Shown here in pieces: positions 41,082 through 52,235 of a stretch of 64,000 nucleotides of DNA. This DNA is from Opitutales bacterium. Lineage in GTDB: Bacteria > Verrucomicrobiota > Verrucomicrobiia > Opitutales > PNEW01. The position numbers and the translations under genes were made by a program. The DNA is taken from contig CBDANS010000004.1 of NCBI GenBank assembly GCA_965197745.1, positions 64,001 through 128,000 on the forward strand, in the 5' to 3' direction. The number at the start of each line of letters is the position of its first letter. Positions within the stretch are counted from its first letter, which is position 1. Below the pieces are notes generated by a model. That model ran no database searches. It was given only the letters and a program-made list of their open reading frames with translations, and had not been told where the DNA came from.

Positions 41082-41340
41082 GATTAATCAATGTTGTGCA
41101 GAACTTTGTTAATATCTCTTCTTCTCCTGAACAATATAGAAGCAAAACCCCTATTCACATAATTATCAAGAACGAAGGTGAAGCACGATGAGCGCCATAC
41201 GTTGCCGATAGGCATGTATCAATTTACAATTAATTCATCAATAGTTATTCACAATTAATTTTTTCTCTGGCAAGAGAATGGATTAGAGATACATCTATAA
41301 AAGATGAGTAATATGGGTGTTGACGGTCAGATCATCTGCT

Positions 41341-42123
41341 ATGGTTAATGAAGTTTCAAAGACCCGCTTACTGGAATTCGACCGTAGAGCGCTGGAAAAT
41401 AAAGACCGGCTCATTGGTGTGGATGAAAGTGGCAGGGGGGCTCTTGCGGGACCGGTAGTTGCCGCTGCGGTTTGTCTTGATGAACAATTTTACGATAGCG
41501 AATGGTGCAGTCGAGAAGCTCATGCGATTGGAGATTCCAAACAATTAAGTTCAGTGAAAAGAGAAAACCTTTTTGCGGAATTTAATCTGCTTAAAAGAAA
41601 AGGGTTTATTAAGACTGAAGTGGGTATCGCCACGGTTGAAGACATTGAAAAGCATAATATCCTTGGTGCCACACGCATCGCGATGCAAAAAGCGGTTGAA
41701 GCAATTGCCTCTGTGGGTGATGAACCGGTGTCCCTTACCTCAATTGATAACGAGGATAATCTTTTTCATAATATAATAACAGATACCGATGAACGCCACG
41801 AGCGTAATTGCATTTTAGTGGATGGGAGACCTTTGCGGCCTTTTCCCTACAGTCATGTTGCGGTGGTTGAAGGAGATGATAAATCACTCGTCATCGCGAT
41901 GGCTTCGATTATTGCTAAAGTCACGCGTGACACATTGATGTTGGAACTCGATCACCTCTACCCTCAATACGGATTTGCCCGCCATAAGGGCTACGGAACG
42001 ACGCGACATCAGGCTGCATTATTGAACGAAGGGCCAACTCCTGTCCATCGCTCCCTTTTTCTGAGAAAACTTTTTAGAACTGACAGTCAGGAATTCCAGT
42101 CCGTCCTGGAATTAAGTTCTTAA
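41341..42123 (+). CDS. rnhB: Ribonuclease HII
   Basis: GVDESGRGALAGPV, DSK, VDG, ASIIAKVTRD, HKGYGT. Confidence 0.93.
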   Translation: MVNEVSKTRLLEFDRRALENKDRLIGVDESGRGALAGPVVAAAVCLDEQFYDSEWCSREAHAIGDSKQLSSVKRENLFAEFNLLKRKGFIKTEVGIATVEDIEKHNILGATRIAMQKAVEAIASVGDEPVSLTSIDNEDNLFHNIITDTDERHERNCILVDGRPLRPFPYSHVAVVEGDDKSLVIAMASIIAKVTRDTLMLELDHLYPQYGFARHKGYGTTRHQAALLNEGPTPVHRSLFLRKLFRTDSQEFQSVLELSS

Positions 42124-42220
42124 AGATTCCGCGAAGCCGGGGATGGACATAGAAATAAGGTTTCGTTAATTATTGAGTATGGTAAAACCGAATTTCTTTT
42201 ATATACAGGAGCCCTACCGC

Positions 42221-45034
42221 ATGTTGGTGACAGCCTTTATTGCCGTCATTTTAACCTTGGCGACGGCAATTGGAGCACCCTTAGATAATAATGTGCTCGT
42301 GCATGGCGGCTTTGATGATTTTTCAAAGGGCCAATTCGATAACGGAGGAGCTAATCTCTATGTTAATGCTAATGGCATTATCGAAACCATTCACCGATGG
42401 GATGTAAATAATGATGGATACACTGATATCATGTTTGCTAATTCCGAAGAACATGGTGAGCGAGGTCCGACGCGAATTTTCAGTATTGATCCGGCGAAGG
42501 ATAAAGATTGGAATTACGAGGATCTTTCAGGTATCAGCGGCTATAGCAGTACAATCGTCGACCTCGACAAAGATGGTTATAATGACCTGGTGGTGGCCAA
42601 TGGGGATAATGGGATAAACAGTGAGATAGCCTCTCATGTCTACTGGGGAGGACCCAATGGTCCAGAATCAGAGCGATCTGATTTACCTACGATTGGCGCT
42701 TACGATGTCGCGATTCTCGACTTAAATCGTGACGGTTTACTCGATTTGATTTTTCCCTCTTCATGGAAGGATCGTCATAATATTGCAAAACCGATTCTTG
42801 CCCATGTTTATATAGCCGACCGCGACCGACGTTTCAAGGACGCTACCGAGCAATATCAGATCGCATGTATCGGGACGATGGGTATGGCAACAGCTGATCT
42901 GAATGACGATGGTTATGCTGACCTGGTATTGGCAAATAAAAGGCATATTTACAATAAACATACGGATTCATTTATCTATTGGGGCAATGAAGAATCTATT
43001 GAGACTGAAAATCCTGTGCGACTTCCCACCTATGATGTTGAAAACGTGCTGATTGCAGATTTGAATGATGACCATAGAGAAGATATCATTTTTTCCGGTA
43101 ATGATGAAGGAAGGATATTCTGGAATGACGATGGGAAGTTCAACGCTGAAAACTATATTATTATCAAACCGGAAAATGATGGTTCCACCAAAGAACAGCA
43201 TCTGGGCACGGGTGTCATCATCGGTCGCAAGGTAGCGCATTGTGCCGACGCGGATATTAATGGAGATGGAAAAAATAATTTAATAGTGGCGACGGCGAGT
43301 GGCGTTGAAATTCGTTCGAGCAGTGATGTTGAAAAGGTAGAGACTCTTATAGCTCTCGGAAATCTTAGCTGGGTAACAGCGGGCGACCTTAATGGCGATG
43401 GGCGGATGGATCTCATAGTCAGTCGCAGTAATGATGGCTATACTGCGGACACCAATTCGGCTGTTTTCTGGAATCGAGCAGCGGGATTTTCGGTGAAAGA
43501 TGCCAGCTGGTTACCAACCGGTAATCCCATTGGCAACACTTATGGAGATTTAAACAATGACGGATTACCGGAAGTAGTGATTAACAACTGTGGAAGTGGC
43601 CGTATAACAGGAACTGACAGTTTTATTTATCTCGGCAATAGTGAAGGTAATTACAGTGTGAATCGGCGCATTGATTTACCCCGGCACGAAACGTATGAAA
43701 GCTGTATGGTTGATCTTAATCTGGATGGATTCACGGATGTTATTTTAGCGGGTTGTGACCTCGACTTTTCGCGTATATTTTATGGCAGTGAGGAAGGACC
43801 CTCAGCTTCCCAATATGTCGATATAGCTAATGTTAACAGCGTAATAACCAGTATGGACGTGGCTGATCTTAATCGTGACGGCTATCTCGATTTTGTAACA
43901 AACGGGGTCGTTTACGACACCGAACCCGAGACCTTAAATAAAGCGACAACCATTTTCTATGGGAGCAAAAAAGGATTTTCACCCTCACATTCAGAGCGTA
44001 TCGCCAATTATGGGTTTGGCGTACATCTCGCGGATATTAACCGTGACGGATTTATCGACGCATTGTTCAGCGATAAACGTCACTTTATCCTGGTTTATGT
44101 GGGAAGTAAAAAAGGATACTCTCAAGATAAGACATTCAAAATTTCCTGCCCCATTCCGGGACGAATAAATTCCGCGGACTTGAATGGCGACGGTTGGCTG
44201 GACCTGATTATAAGCCAATCATCGCATCGTGTCAGACGGGAAGAAAATTTTACGGTCATGTATAGTAACGCTGGCGAGTACTCACTGGAGAACTCGCAAA
44301 CTTTTAAAAGAGGAATATCCGTGATTGATACGGCAGTAGCTGACTTTAACAGAGACGGCCATTTGGATTTATTAGCTTCGGCTTACTCCTCGCCCACCAC
44401 CCGTGTTGTCCCCGCAACATTACATTGGGGCAATGGCCGAACCCTGGATCTGGATCATACTGTGGAGTTTCCAGCGAATTCCTCCGCCGGTGTTACGGCT
44501 ATGGATTTTAATCGCGACGGGTGGCTTGACGTTGCCATTGCCAATCATCGTGACGAAGCTTCACATAAAACCCTGTCTTTCATCTACTGGAATAATGCGG
44601 GTGGATTTGATCCTGATCGTATAACCCGTTTGCCCGCCGCGGGGCCCCACGGTATGACATGTCGAGATTTTGGAAACGGCTATACGCGGAAGCCTGAAGA
44701 AACGTATACCTCTCCAGGCTTTAAGCTGGTGAAGAATATTCCGCATACTATTCAATGGGACGCCGATGTCCAATATCCGGCCCGGTTGAAATTTCAAATA
44801 CGTTGGGCTGCAGATAAAAAACAGTTACTCAGTGCCCCGTGGATGGGCCCGGGGGGAGCGGATTCATATTATGAGAAACGAGGTCAAACGTTAAACGGGA
44901 TCAATGTCATTGAGGCAAAATGGTTCCAATATAAAGTTGATTTTGTTTCTCCCTATGGTTGTTCATCACCAAAATTACGGGAAGTAAGATTTAGCTTAAA
45001 ACCTGCGTCATCTTACAACCGGAAAAAGATTTGA
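42221..45034 (+). CDS. Secreted FG-GAP/VCBS repeat beta-propeller protein
   Basis: Signal peptide; 14 D-x-[ND]-x-D-[GH] Ca-binding motifs; C-terminal beta domain (WFQYKVDF..SPKLREV). Confidence 0.85.
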   Translation: MLVTAFIAVILTLATAIGAPLDNNVLVHGGFDDFSKGQFDNGGANLYVNANGIIETIHRWDVNNDGYTDIMFANSEEHGERGPTRIFSIDPAKDKDWNYEDLSGISGYSSTIVDLDKDGYNDLVVANGDNGINSEIASHVYWGGPNGPESERSDLPTIGAYDVAILDLNRDGLLDLIFPSSWKDRHNIAKPILAHVYIADRDRRFKDATEQYQIACIGTMGMATADLNDDGYADLVLANKRHIYNKHTDSFIYWGNEESIETENPVRLPTYDVENVLIADLNDDHREDIIFSGNDEGRIFWNDDGKFNAENYIIIKPENDGSTKEQHLGTGVIIGRKVAHCADADINGDGKNNLIVATASGVEIRSSSDVEKVETLIALGNLSWVTAGDLNGDGRMDLIVSRSNDGYTADTNSAVFWNRAAGFSVKDASWLPTGNPIGNTYGDLNNDGLPEVVINNCGSGRITGTDSFIYLGNSEGNYSVNRRIDLPRHETYESCMVDLNLDGFTDVILAGCDLDFSRIFYGSEEGPSASQYVDIANVNSVITSMDVADLNRDGYLDFVTNGVVYDTEPETLNKATTIFYGSKKGFSPSHSERIANYGFGVHLADINRDGFIDALFSDKRHFILVYVGSKKGYSQDKTFKISCPIPGRINSADLNGDGWLDLIISQSSHRVRREENFTVMYSNAGEYSLENSQTFKRGISVIDTAVADFNRDGHLDLLASAYSSPTTRVVPATLHWGNGRTLDLDHTVEFPANSSAGVTAMDFNRDGWLDVAIANHRDEASHKTLSFIYWNNAGGFDPDRITRLPAAGPHGMTCRDFGNGYTRKPEETYTSPGFKLVKNIPHTIQWDADVQYPARLKFQIRWAADKKQLLSAPWMGPGGADSYYEKRGQTLNGINVIEAKWFQYKVDFVSPYGCSSPKLREVRFSLKPASSYNRKKI

Positions 45035-45124
45035 TATTAATTAAAATAAATACACTATGCTCCAAAAAATCCGGTTCTTCTTCAGGATGAATGAACAGTT
45101 AGATTTTTAAAGAATATTATCGCG

Positions 45125-45472
45125 ATGAAAATTCTTTTTATTGAAGACGAAAAAGAGCTCAGTGAAGTTGGTGCGGCGCAGATGGTAGCCATGGGACACG
45201 ATGTCTGGCAGGCCTATAATACTCGGGAAGCCCGTTCATTATTTGAATTGAATGGTGAGAACATCGACTTGATTATAGCCGACCATAATCTACCGGATGG
45301 GGAAGGTATCCAGTTAATCAAAGAAGTTAAATCGCAGTCACCATCGATTGAATTTATCATCGTTTCTGCTTACTTAAATGAGATGGAAATAGAGATGCTT
45401 GAAAGTGAAGGCATACCATATTTTCATAAACCCGTGCTCTATTCTGATGTTTTAAAGCAATTCGATAAATAA
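45125..45472 (+). CDS. Single-domain response regulator
   Basis: IEDE, IADHNLPDG, VSA, KP. Confidence 0.88.
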   Translation: MKILFIEDEKELSEVGAAQMVAMGHDVWQAYNTREARSLFELNGENIDLIIADHNLPDGEGIQLIKEVKSQSPSIEFIIVSAYLNEMEIEMLESEGIPYFHKPVLYSDVLKQFDK

Positions 45473-45514
45473 ACCTTTAAGGTCCACGCCTTACTCTTTT
45501 ATCTGGCTATTTCA

Positions 45515-46645
45515 TCAATAAACCTTCTCGAAAGCGCCGTCTGCCCGTTTTGCCAGCACACGCTTAAGCTCGAGCATCATTAAACCGCTGGCTACTTCGT
45601 TCTGTGACAACTGAGTCAGTTCCGTAACCGTGTCGGGAAAATGAATGGACCCATCTTCAAAGCAGTGGGCAATTTTAATTTCTATTTCGCCCAGCCCGAT
45701 TAGGGGATCATTGCCTGTGGAATTATGGGCCGAATCCTGATCAAAAAAAAGTTCAAGTTGTCCACTTAAACGTAATTCATCGATGACATCTTCTATTGAA
45801 TTCAAGAGGGTAGCGCCATCGCGCAGAAGTTGATGGCAGCCCTGGCTGGAGGCTTGATCGATGCGACCGGGTACCGCGAATAAATGTCGCCCTTGTTCAC
45901 CCGCAAATCGAGCGGTAATCATACTTCCGCCATTTACATTACTTTCTACTACGATGGTGGCCAGGCATATTCCAGAGATGACCCGATTACGCATGGGAAA
46001 AGATTGTCTGTCAGCGCGACGTCCAAAAGGAAATTCACTGACTATTGCGCCTGTTTCCGTTATTCTGCGGTAAAGCTCCAGATTATCAGGTGGGTATATT
46101 ATATCTGTTCCGCAGCCTAAGACGGCAACCGTTCTACCATTAGCTTCCAACGCGCCCTCATGCGCCTGGCTGTCTATCCCACGGGCCATCCCACTGACAA
46201 TGCAGAAACCGGCTTGTTCAAGCTCACGGGCCAGCCGCCTTGCTACTCCTCTTCCATAAAGCGTGGGCTGCCGTGTTCCGACAATAGCGATAGAGGGTTG
46301 AGCGATACGATATTCACCCAGAAAATAGAGTCCGATGGGGGGATCATAGATTTCTTTTAACATCGGGGGGTAGTCATCATCCTGGAATGTAACAAATGAG
46401 GCCTTATGTTTTTTGAGTAATTCTTCTTCTTTTATAAGATCAAAGTACTCCTGCCATTGAGTAATGGCGCCGGAAATTACTTCACTTACACCATTCACCT
46501 GCATCAAGTCTCTTCGACTTGCATTGAGGATACCGACAGCGTCGTTTTCGAAGCATTCAAGCAAATGCTTAAGGGTGACGGGCCCAATTGTCGGTAACCC
46601 ATTTAAGATGAAAAGTGCACGCCTTTGATCCAGGTTTTCGACCAT
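45515..46645 (-). CDS. dprA: DNA-processing protein DprA
   Basis: IAIVGTR, VSGMARGID..AH, FPMRNR.ISG, GSMITA, C-terminal winged helix. Confidence 0.95.
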   Translation of the reverse strand: MVENLDQRRALFILNGLPTIGPVTLKHLLECFENDAVGILNASRRDLMQVNGVSEVISGAITQWQEYFDLIKEEELLKKHKASFVTFQDDDYPPMLKEIYDPPIGLYFLGEYRIAQPSIAIVGTRQPTLYGRGVARRLARELEQAGFCIVSGMARGIDSQAHEGALEANGRTVAVLGCGTDIIYPPDNLELYRRITETGAIVSEFPFGRRADRQSFPMRNRVISGICLATIVVESNVNGGSMITARFAGEQGRHLFAVPGRIDQASSQGCHQLLRDGATLLNSIEDVIDELRLSGQLELFFDQDSAHNSTGNDPLIGLGEIEIKIAHCFEDGSIHFPDTVTELTQLSQNEVASGLMMLELKRVLAKRADGAFEKVY

Positions 46646-46681
46646 TTTCGATACAATCTTTTCAAGGATGATCTATATAAT

Positions 46682-48241
46682 TTATTTCCTGAGGATGTCA
46701 GCCAGGTAATCTAAAATTTCGGTCGTTGAGACGGCAACATGGCCTCTATCGCGAGCCAGCGCATCCGCAGCCATGCCGTGCAGTGCGGCCGCGCGGCAAG
46801 TTGCGTCCAGGGGGTCGGTACCCGGTCGGGCTAACATACTTCCGATGATACCGCAGAGGATGTCACCACTGCCACCGCGCGCGAGCAACGGTCCGCCAAA
46901 AGTGCTATGAATAATACGCGCACCGTCACATATCCGTGTAACAGGACCTTTGAGTAAAGTAATCACATTGTTAACCTGGCAATACTCCATAAGCGTTTTA
47001 GAATTGTATTCCGCTGTCTTACTCTGAGCGATACGCATAAATTCACCCTGGTGTGGAGTAAGAACAATGGGACCTGAATCGCCTGGGCGGCTTTGCGCTT
47101 CATTAAGGGTCGCAACCTGTAAAGAATCAGCATCTAGAACAAGGGGCAAGGCGGTTTCTTTAACTACGCGTTGGAGAAGAAAGTGGGTTTCTTTTTCGGT
47201 GCCCATACCCGGACCCGCAAGGAGGGCCGTGGCGCGGTTTATTTTTTTTTGCAGAAGATAATACCCCTCTGCAGCGAGACCGCCATCGGGCGTTTCCGGC
47301 CAGGGCACCCACATCGCTTCAGGGGTTGCCGCCGCAAAGGATGGAGCAACGGACTCAGGAACAAAAGCGGTCACTAATCCGACACCGCTTCGCAGGGCTG
47401 CTTTGACGCTCATTTGAATAGCGCCCGGCATGGAACGAGACCCTCCGAGGATAAATAGATGCCCATAGGAGCGTTTATCGGTTACTGGATTACGCAGTCC
47501 ACGCAGGGGATTTATGACTTCTGCGGTAAGAACAGACTCGCCTTCAACCGGATGAGTGTATGTATCAAAAAAACCGATATCGAGATAACGGATCCGGCCA
47601 ACATTTTCTGAATTATGAGTTTCAAATAGTGGTGATTTGGCGATTCCCGTAGCGTAACTGAAATCTGCGCGAAATACAAAATCAGCACGCTCATCCCCGA
47701 GTCCGCTGGGAAGGTCGACTGCCGCGCGCAGACGGATGTGTGAATGATTGTTTATCCATTGAATGGCATTTTCAGCGGGTGAACGCAATGGAGGCTTAAA
47801 CTGCATGCCAAGCAGGCCGTCAAGGCAGATATCAAAACTTAATGATTCGTTGTGCGCGGGTCGGTCGTCATTCCAGGTTTCACAAGTGACCTGATCACCA
47901 CCAGCCTTCAGTAAGTTATCCAGACTTCTTTGCGTGAGTGTTTTTAGATTACTATCGCCGAAAACAAATAATATACTGATCCGGGCTTCGGGGTATTGAC
48001 ACAGTATTTCCTCGGAAGCGATCAAGGCGTCACCGGCATTGTGACCTTTACCGGCAAGCACCAGGACGCGTATTGATTCAGGAAGAGAGGCAATCTCCTG
48101 AAAATCCCTCAATACAGAATCACCCAGTGCACGACCCGCTTTTGACATTGCCTCCCATTCCCTGGTTTCATCGCCTACGAGCAATTCACCTTCATATTTC
48201 TCCGATGCTTTGCAGGTCAATATCGGATGGGTAAAGCTCAT
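46682..48241 (-). CDS. nnr: Bifunctional NAD(P)HX epimerase/dehydratase
   Basis: GKGHNAGDA, VDLPSG, GPGMG, LDAD, LTPHQGEF, GGSGDILCG. Confidence 0.92.
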   Translation of the reverse strand: MSFTHPILTCKASEKYEGELLVGDETREWEAMSKAGRALGDSVLRDFQEIASLPESIRVLVLAGKGHNAGDALIASEEILCQYPEARISILFVFGDSNLKTLTQRSLDNLLKAGGDQVTCETWNDDRPAHNESLSFDICLDGLLGMQFKPPLRSPAENAIQWINNHSHIRLRAAVDLPSGLGDERADFVFRADFSYATGIAKSPLFETHNSENVGRIRYLDIGFFDTYTHPVEGESVLTAEVINPLRGLRNPVTDKRSYGHLFILGGSRSMPGAIQMSVKAALRSGVGLVTAFVPESVAPSFAAATPEAMWVPWPETPDGGLAAEGYYLLQKKINRATALLAGPGMGTEKETHFLLQRVVKETALPLVLDADSLQVATLNEAQSRPGDSGPIVLTPHQGEFMRIAQSKTAEYNSKTLMEYCQVNNVITLLKGPVTRICDGARIIHSTFGGPLLARGGSGDILCGIIGSMLARPGTDPLDATCRAAALHGMAADALARDRGHVAVSTTEILDYLADILRK

Positions 48242-48295
48242 AACAGGAAATGCTGATTCTGGTTAGGGAAAATGACAAGAATTCTTGTTCTATAG

Positions 48296-48847
48296 TTACG
48301 GTTCAACCTGATCATTAATACCTAAAACAAGCACATCTGCCTCTTTTTGATTTTTCAACTCAATGACTTCAAGATGCGCGAATTCAGGTTCTTTTAAAAT
48401 TAGCGGATACCGTTTTCGTTTACTGTGATGCGATTTTATAACCCAAAGTATCATTGAATCCGTACTTAAGAAAGCCTGCCTGATAGTTTCTCGATTACCG
48501 GAGTAGAGTTCTTCTTTTAATATCGCCCGTTTTGAAGTTCGAGATACGGCGCGCCATAGTACGAGAGGAAAAGAATAATTTAACCAGATTAAAGCGGTAG
48601 CTCTATCCCAGACAATATCGCGTACCACGCTGTAATTGCCGTCGGCAACCCACTGTTCACTGCTAACTGCTGCTCGCGTTAATTGTCTGAATTCGTCGCG
48701 AGGTCTTGATACCCAGTCGGGTTTCCAATGAATGGCATCCAGCTGAATATGGGAAACCCTTAAAATACCAGCTAACTTCCGGGCAAGTGTCGTTTTACCT
48801 GAACAACCGTTTCCAATGATGATAATCCGAGATTTATTTTTAATCAT
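48296..48847 (-). CDS. Adenylate-kinase-like P-loop protein (FlaR/topology-modulation family)
   Basis: GNGCSGKTT, LDAIHW.P.W, WVADGNY. Confidence 0.85.
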   Translation of the reverse strand: MIKNKSRIIIIGNGCSGKTTLARKLAGILRVSHIQLDAIHWKPDWVSRPRDEFRQLTRAAVSSEQWVADGNYSVVRDIVWDRATALIWLNYSFPLVLWRAVSRTSKRAILKEELYSGNRETIRQAFLSTDSMILWVIKSHHSKRKRYPLILKEPEFAHLEVIELKNQKEADVLVLGINDQVEP

Positions 48848-48906
48848 CGTGAGTTATTCCTCAAAGAATCTTTATGTCTATAACCTGTCATCGCTTCCCT
48901 TTTTCC

Positions 48907-49006
48907 GGAGGGCCGCGCTCCGTCGTGGCCGTTATGATTATAAACGGCTAAATAGGATGATCATTAATCTCAAACTTTAAAGCGCCCACGATAGAACACG
49001 GCCCCT
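48907..49006. repeat. REP-like family A copy with degenerate inverted partner
   Basis: GGAGGGCCGCGCTCCGTCGTGGCCG at 48907-48931; degenerate reverse copy at 48983-49006. Confidence 0.75.
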
Positions 49007-49073
49007 AAAAAAGGGGAAGTTTCGCTTGATGACTATTCCATGCTGAGAAAGCAAAAGTGAAAGCGTAATGCTT

Positions 49074-49421
49074 TCACCCGGGGGGCCAGGTTAAAGGGCG
49101 ACCGCCGAGAAGGTGGACATGCAGATGGGGAACCGCTTCGCCGCCATGGGCCCCATTATTGATTACCAGGCGAAAACCCTGATCGAGGCGCAGTTTTTTA
49201 GCGAGGTCGCGTCCCGTAAGCAGGAGATGCCCCAGGGTCTCAGCATCGTCATCAACAGCTTCACCGATTCTTGTAATGAGCTTTTTAGGGATAATTAAGA
49301 TATGTGTTGGCGCCTGGGGATTAATGTCACGGATGGCGATACATTGCTCATCTTCGTACTCAATATTCGCTGGGAGTTCGCGATCAATAATTTTTTCGAA
49401 AAGGGTTTTTTCTTCAGGCAT
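49074..49421 (-). CDS. Histidine triad nucleotide-binding protein (HinT-like)
   Basis: DINPQAPTH, HLHVH triad, WPPG end. Confidence 0.94.
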   Translation of the reverse strand: MPEEKTLFEKIIDRELPANIEYEDEQCIAIRDINPQAPTHILIIPKKLITRIGEAVDDDAETLGHLLLTGRDLAKKLRLDQGFRLVINNGAHGGEAVPHLHVHLLGGRPLTWPPG

Positions 49422-49444
49422 GGTCTAAAATTCCAGGAGGGTCA

Positions 49445-49915
49445 TCAGATATAGATGAGATTGAGGGTAGTCGATGAATCTACTTTCTGCGCTGCGAGCT
49501 CGTCGATATAATTTAGTGAACCCTCATAGCGATTTTGGATTCCATGGGTCCAGTATTTTCCCCTTGGACAGAGTGCTGATCGAAGACCGGAAATAATAAG
49601 CAACGCCTTTTCATAGCCCGCGAGAAGTTTGATCGCGCGGATGAGTTCTTCCCGCAACCAAAGAGGATCCAGGGTTTTTTCGCTCAAATCAAGGTGGTGA
49701 AACCCTCGTGATGCCAATGTTTTATCGTGGACCTGGAGAAAACGAATAACGGCCCTTGCGAATTTATCCAGGGGAGCGGAACACTCAATTGAACCGGTGA
49801 GAGAAAAATCTATAGCCGTTTTAATTTGCTCTTCGAAATAGGGATCAATGTTAGCAGTCGATCCCAGCAGCGTATGCAGGTAATGGTCTTTTACCCATTC
49901 GTTCAAATTATTCAT
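49445..49915 (-). CDS. Hypothetical protein, coupled to nrdR
   Basis: ATG at 49915 overlaps the nrdR stop; fills the operon gap before HIT; no motif recognised. Confidence 0.65.
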   Translation of the reverse strand: MNNLNEWVKDHYLHTLLGSTANIDPYFEEQIKTAIDFSLTGSIECSAPLDKFARAVIRFLQVHDKTLASRGFHHLDLSEKTLDPLWLREELIRAIKLLAGYEKALLIISGLRSALCPRGKYWTHGIQNRYEGSLNYIDELAAQKVDSSTTLNLIYI

Positions 49916-50366
49916 TGTTACTCTCCAGGTCTGATATCTCCTGGGCCAGTTCTGAGATATCGCGAAAATCTTTATAAACACTGGCAAATCGGACATAGGC
50001 AATTTGATCAGTGCTCTTTAGCTTGTTCATTACTTTTTCACCGATTACTTGACTGGGAATTTCTTCATCGAATTCATTTTCCAAGTCAATGAAAAGGTCA
50101 GAGATAAGCATATTAATTTGTTCCAGGTCGATCGGGCGTTTTTCACAAGCCCGCCGAATCCCGGTTAAAACCTTATTGCGATCAAAGTCCTCTCGTCGTG
50201 TATCTCTTTTAATGACAACAAGACCTTCACGGAGTATTTCTTCAATGGTGTTAAAACGATAGTCGCATTCCGGACAATGTCTTCGGCGGCGGACAGTACG
50301 TCCATTTTTTACGATCCTTGAATCGACGACCCGAGTGTCATTGGCTGAACATTTGGGACATTGCAT
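49908..50366 (-). CDS. nrdR: Transcriptional repressor NrdR
   Basis: CPKC, DSR, RRRRHCPEC, ATP-cone, AYVRFASVY. Confidence 0.97.
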   Translation of the reverse strand: MQCPKCSANDTRVVDSRIVKNGRTVRRRRHCPECDYRFNTIEEILREGLVVIKRDTRREDFDRNKVLTGIRRACEKRPIDLEQINMLISDLFIDLENEFDEEIPSQVIGEKVMNKLKSTDQIAYVRFASVYKDFRDISELAQEISDLESNNE

Positions 50367-50398
50367 GGAGGGAGAGGGTGCTGCGAATTTAGAGAAGA

Positions 50399-50962
50399 CT
50401 AAAATTGTAGGAAGTTTTCAAGTATCCTTATGCCATTAACGGTGGCGAGTGATTCTGGATGAAACTGAACGCCCCAGACGGGTTCTTCACGGTGCTTCAT
50501 TCCCATTATTTCATTTTCTGGAGTCTCCGCGGTGATTTCAAAGCAATCAGGCAAAGAAGAGCGTTCGACGAGAAGGGAATGGTAACGCGTCGCATCAAAA
50601 GGAGATTCCATGCCTTTAAATAAATCGGTTCCACGGTGCATAATAGGAGATGTTTTACCATGCATGAGACGGTCTGCGATAATGATATTACCACCGTAGT
50701 ATTGTCCTATGCATTGGTGCCCAAGGCAGACACCGAAGATGGGTATCTTGCCGGCAAAAGCGTCGATTATTTCCAGACTGTTGCCGGCTTCATTGGGGGT
50801 ACAGGGGCCCGGAGAAAACACGACACGATCCGGGTTGAGGGCCAACGCCTCCTTCGCCGTGAGTTCGTTATTACGCACTACTTTTTGATTTACCCCGAGC
50901 TGGCCAAAATATTGCACCAGGTTGTAGGTAAATGAGTCGAAATTATCGATGACTAATAACAT
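50399..50962 (-). CDS. Anthranilate/aminodeoxychorismate synthase component II (TrpG/PabA)
   Basis: [32 protein letters not shown]. Confidence 0.95.
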   Translation of the reverse strand: MLLVIDNFDSFTYNLVQYFGQLGVNQKVVRNNELTAKEALALNPDRVVFSPGPCTPNEAGNSLEIIDAFAGKIPIFGVCLGHQCIGQYYGGNIIIADRLMHGKTSPIMHRGTDLFKGMESPFDATRYHSLLVERSSLPDCFEITAETPENEIMGMKHREEPVWGVQFHPESLATVNGIRILENFLQF

Positions 50963-51098
50963 TTTTAAATGGGATATCTTGCTGCTGATGAAAAATGTAG
51001 TCAAGCCTCACAGAGAATGATTGCAGCAGCTTAATGAATTGAAAGTTAATAAACTGGAAAAAGGGGAGAAATGTATTTGAGTGATGACGGTTAAATTT

Positions 51099-52235
51099 AT
51101 GAAGGATACTTTTCAGATTCTGTTCCGTGATACGCAGACGGCAGCGCGATGCGGGCGTTTGCAAACGACACAGGGTGTTGTCGATACTCCGATTTTCATG
51201 CCCGTGGGCACGCAGGCGACAGTCAAAGCCATGACCCCCGCTCAACTGTGTGAAATTGGCAGTCAGATTATACTTGGGAATACTTATCATTTGAATCTCA
51301 GGCCCGGGGCAGAAACGATAAAAAAACTGGGCGGACTTCATCGTTTTATGAACTGGGAGGGCCCAATCTTAACCGATAGTGGCGGGTATCAGGTTTTCAG
51401 TCTCACTAAAATGCGAAAGATTACAAATGAAGGTATCAATTTTCGCTCCCATTTAAATGGGGATCCTTTTTTTCTCGGTCCCCGTGAGGTTATGGACATA
51501 CAGCAAAGTCTGGGTGCAGACATTGCGATGGTTCTGGATGAGTGTCCGCCTTATCCCTGTCCCGAGAAGGATTGCCGGCTGGCTGTTAATCGAAGCCTGC
51601 AATGGGCGGAACACTGTTTAACTATCGCCAGAGAAAATGGATTTTATGATGCCGGGCATCAAGTGTTTGGTATTGTACAAGGTTCCGTTTTTGAAAATTT
51701 ACGTCGGGAATGCGCTCAGGCACTCGTCAATCTTGACTTTTCGGGCTATGCAGTGGGAGGCGTCGCTCTTGGTGAAGCGGAACCTGATATATTCGAGCAG
51801 GTGGGCTGGTCGATTCCTCTTCTGCCTGAAAATAAACCACGCTACGTGATGGGTGTGGGTACTCCGCCCCAGCTTTTAAAAATGATCGCGTTGGGCGCTG
51901 ACATGTTCGACTGTGTTCTTCCCACCCGCGCAGCGCGACACGGTACGGTCTATACCCCTTATGGGACCCTTAACTTACGCAATCAACGGTTTAAGGAAGA
52001 CGGTCGTCCCCTCGTTGAGGGTTTGCAAAATTACACTTGCCAGCATTTCACGCGTGCCTACTTGAGGCACCTCATCGTTGCTGAAGAGATACTCGCCAGT
52101 ACGTTGCTCACCTTGCATAATCTTCATTTTTATCTCGATCTCATGAAACAAGCGCGCGAGCATCTTGAAGCTTCTGACTTTGATTCCTGGCACAAGTCAT
52201 GGATCAATCAATATGAAGAAGGCGAGAGAGAATAA
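51099..52235 (+). CDS. tgt: tRNA-guanine transglycosylase
   Basis: FMPVGT, NTYHL, TDSGGYQVFS, GIVQG, DMFDCVLPTR, HNL. Confidence 0.96.
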   Translation: MKDTFQILFRDTQTAARCGRLQTTQGVVDTPIFMPVGTQATVKAMTPAQLCEIGSQIILGNTYHLNLRPGAETIKKLGGLHRFMNWEGPILTDSGGYQVFSLTKMRKITNEGINFRSHLNGDPFFLGPREVMDIQQSLGADIAMVLDECPPYPCPEKDCRLAVNRSLQWAEHCLTIARENGFYDAGHQVFGIVQGSVFENLRRECAQALVNLDFSGYAVGGVALGEAEPDIFEQVGWSIPLLPENKPRYVMGVGTPPQLLKMIALGADMFDCVLPTRAARHGTVYTPYGTLNLRNQRFKEDGRPLVEGLQNYTCQHFTRAYLRHLIVAEEILASTLLTLHNLHFYLDLMKQAREHLEASDFDSWHKSWINQYEEGERE

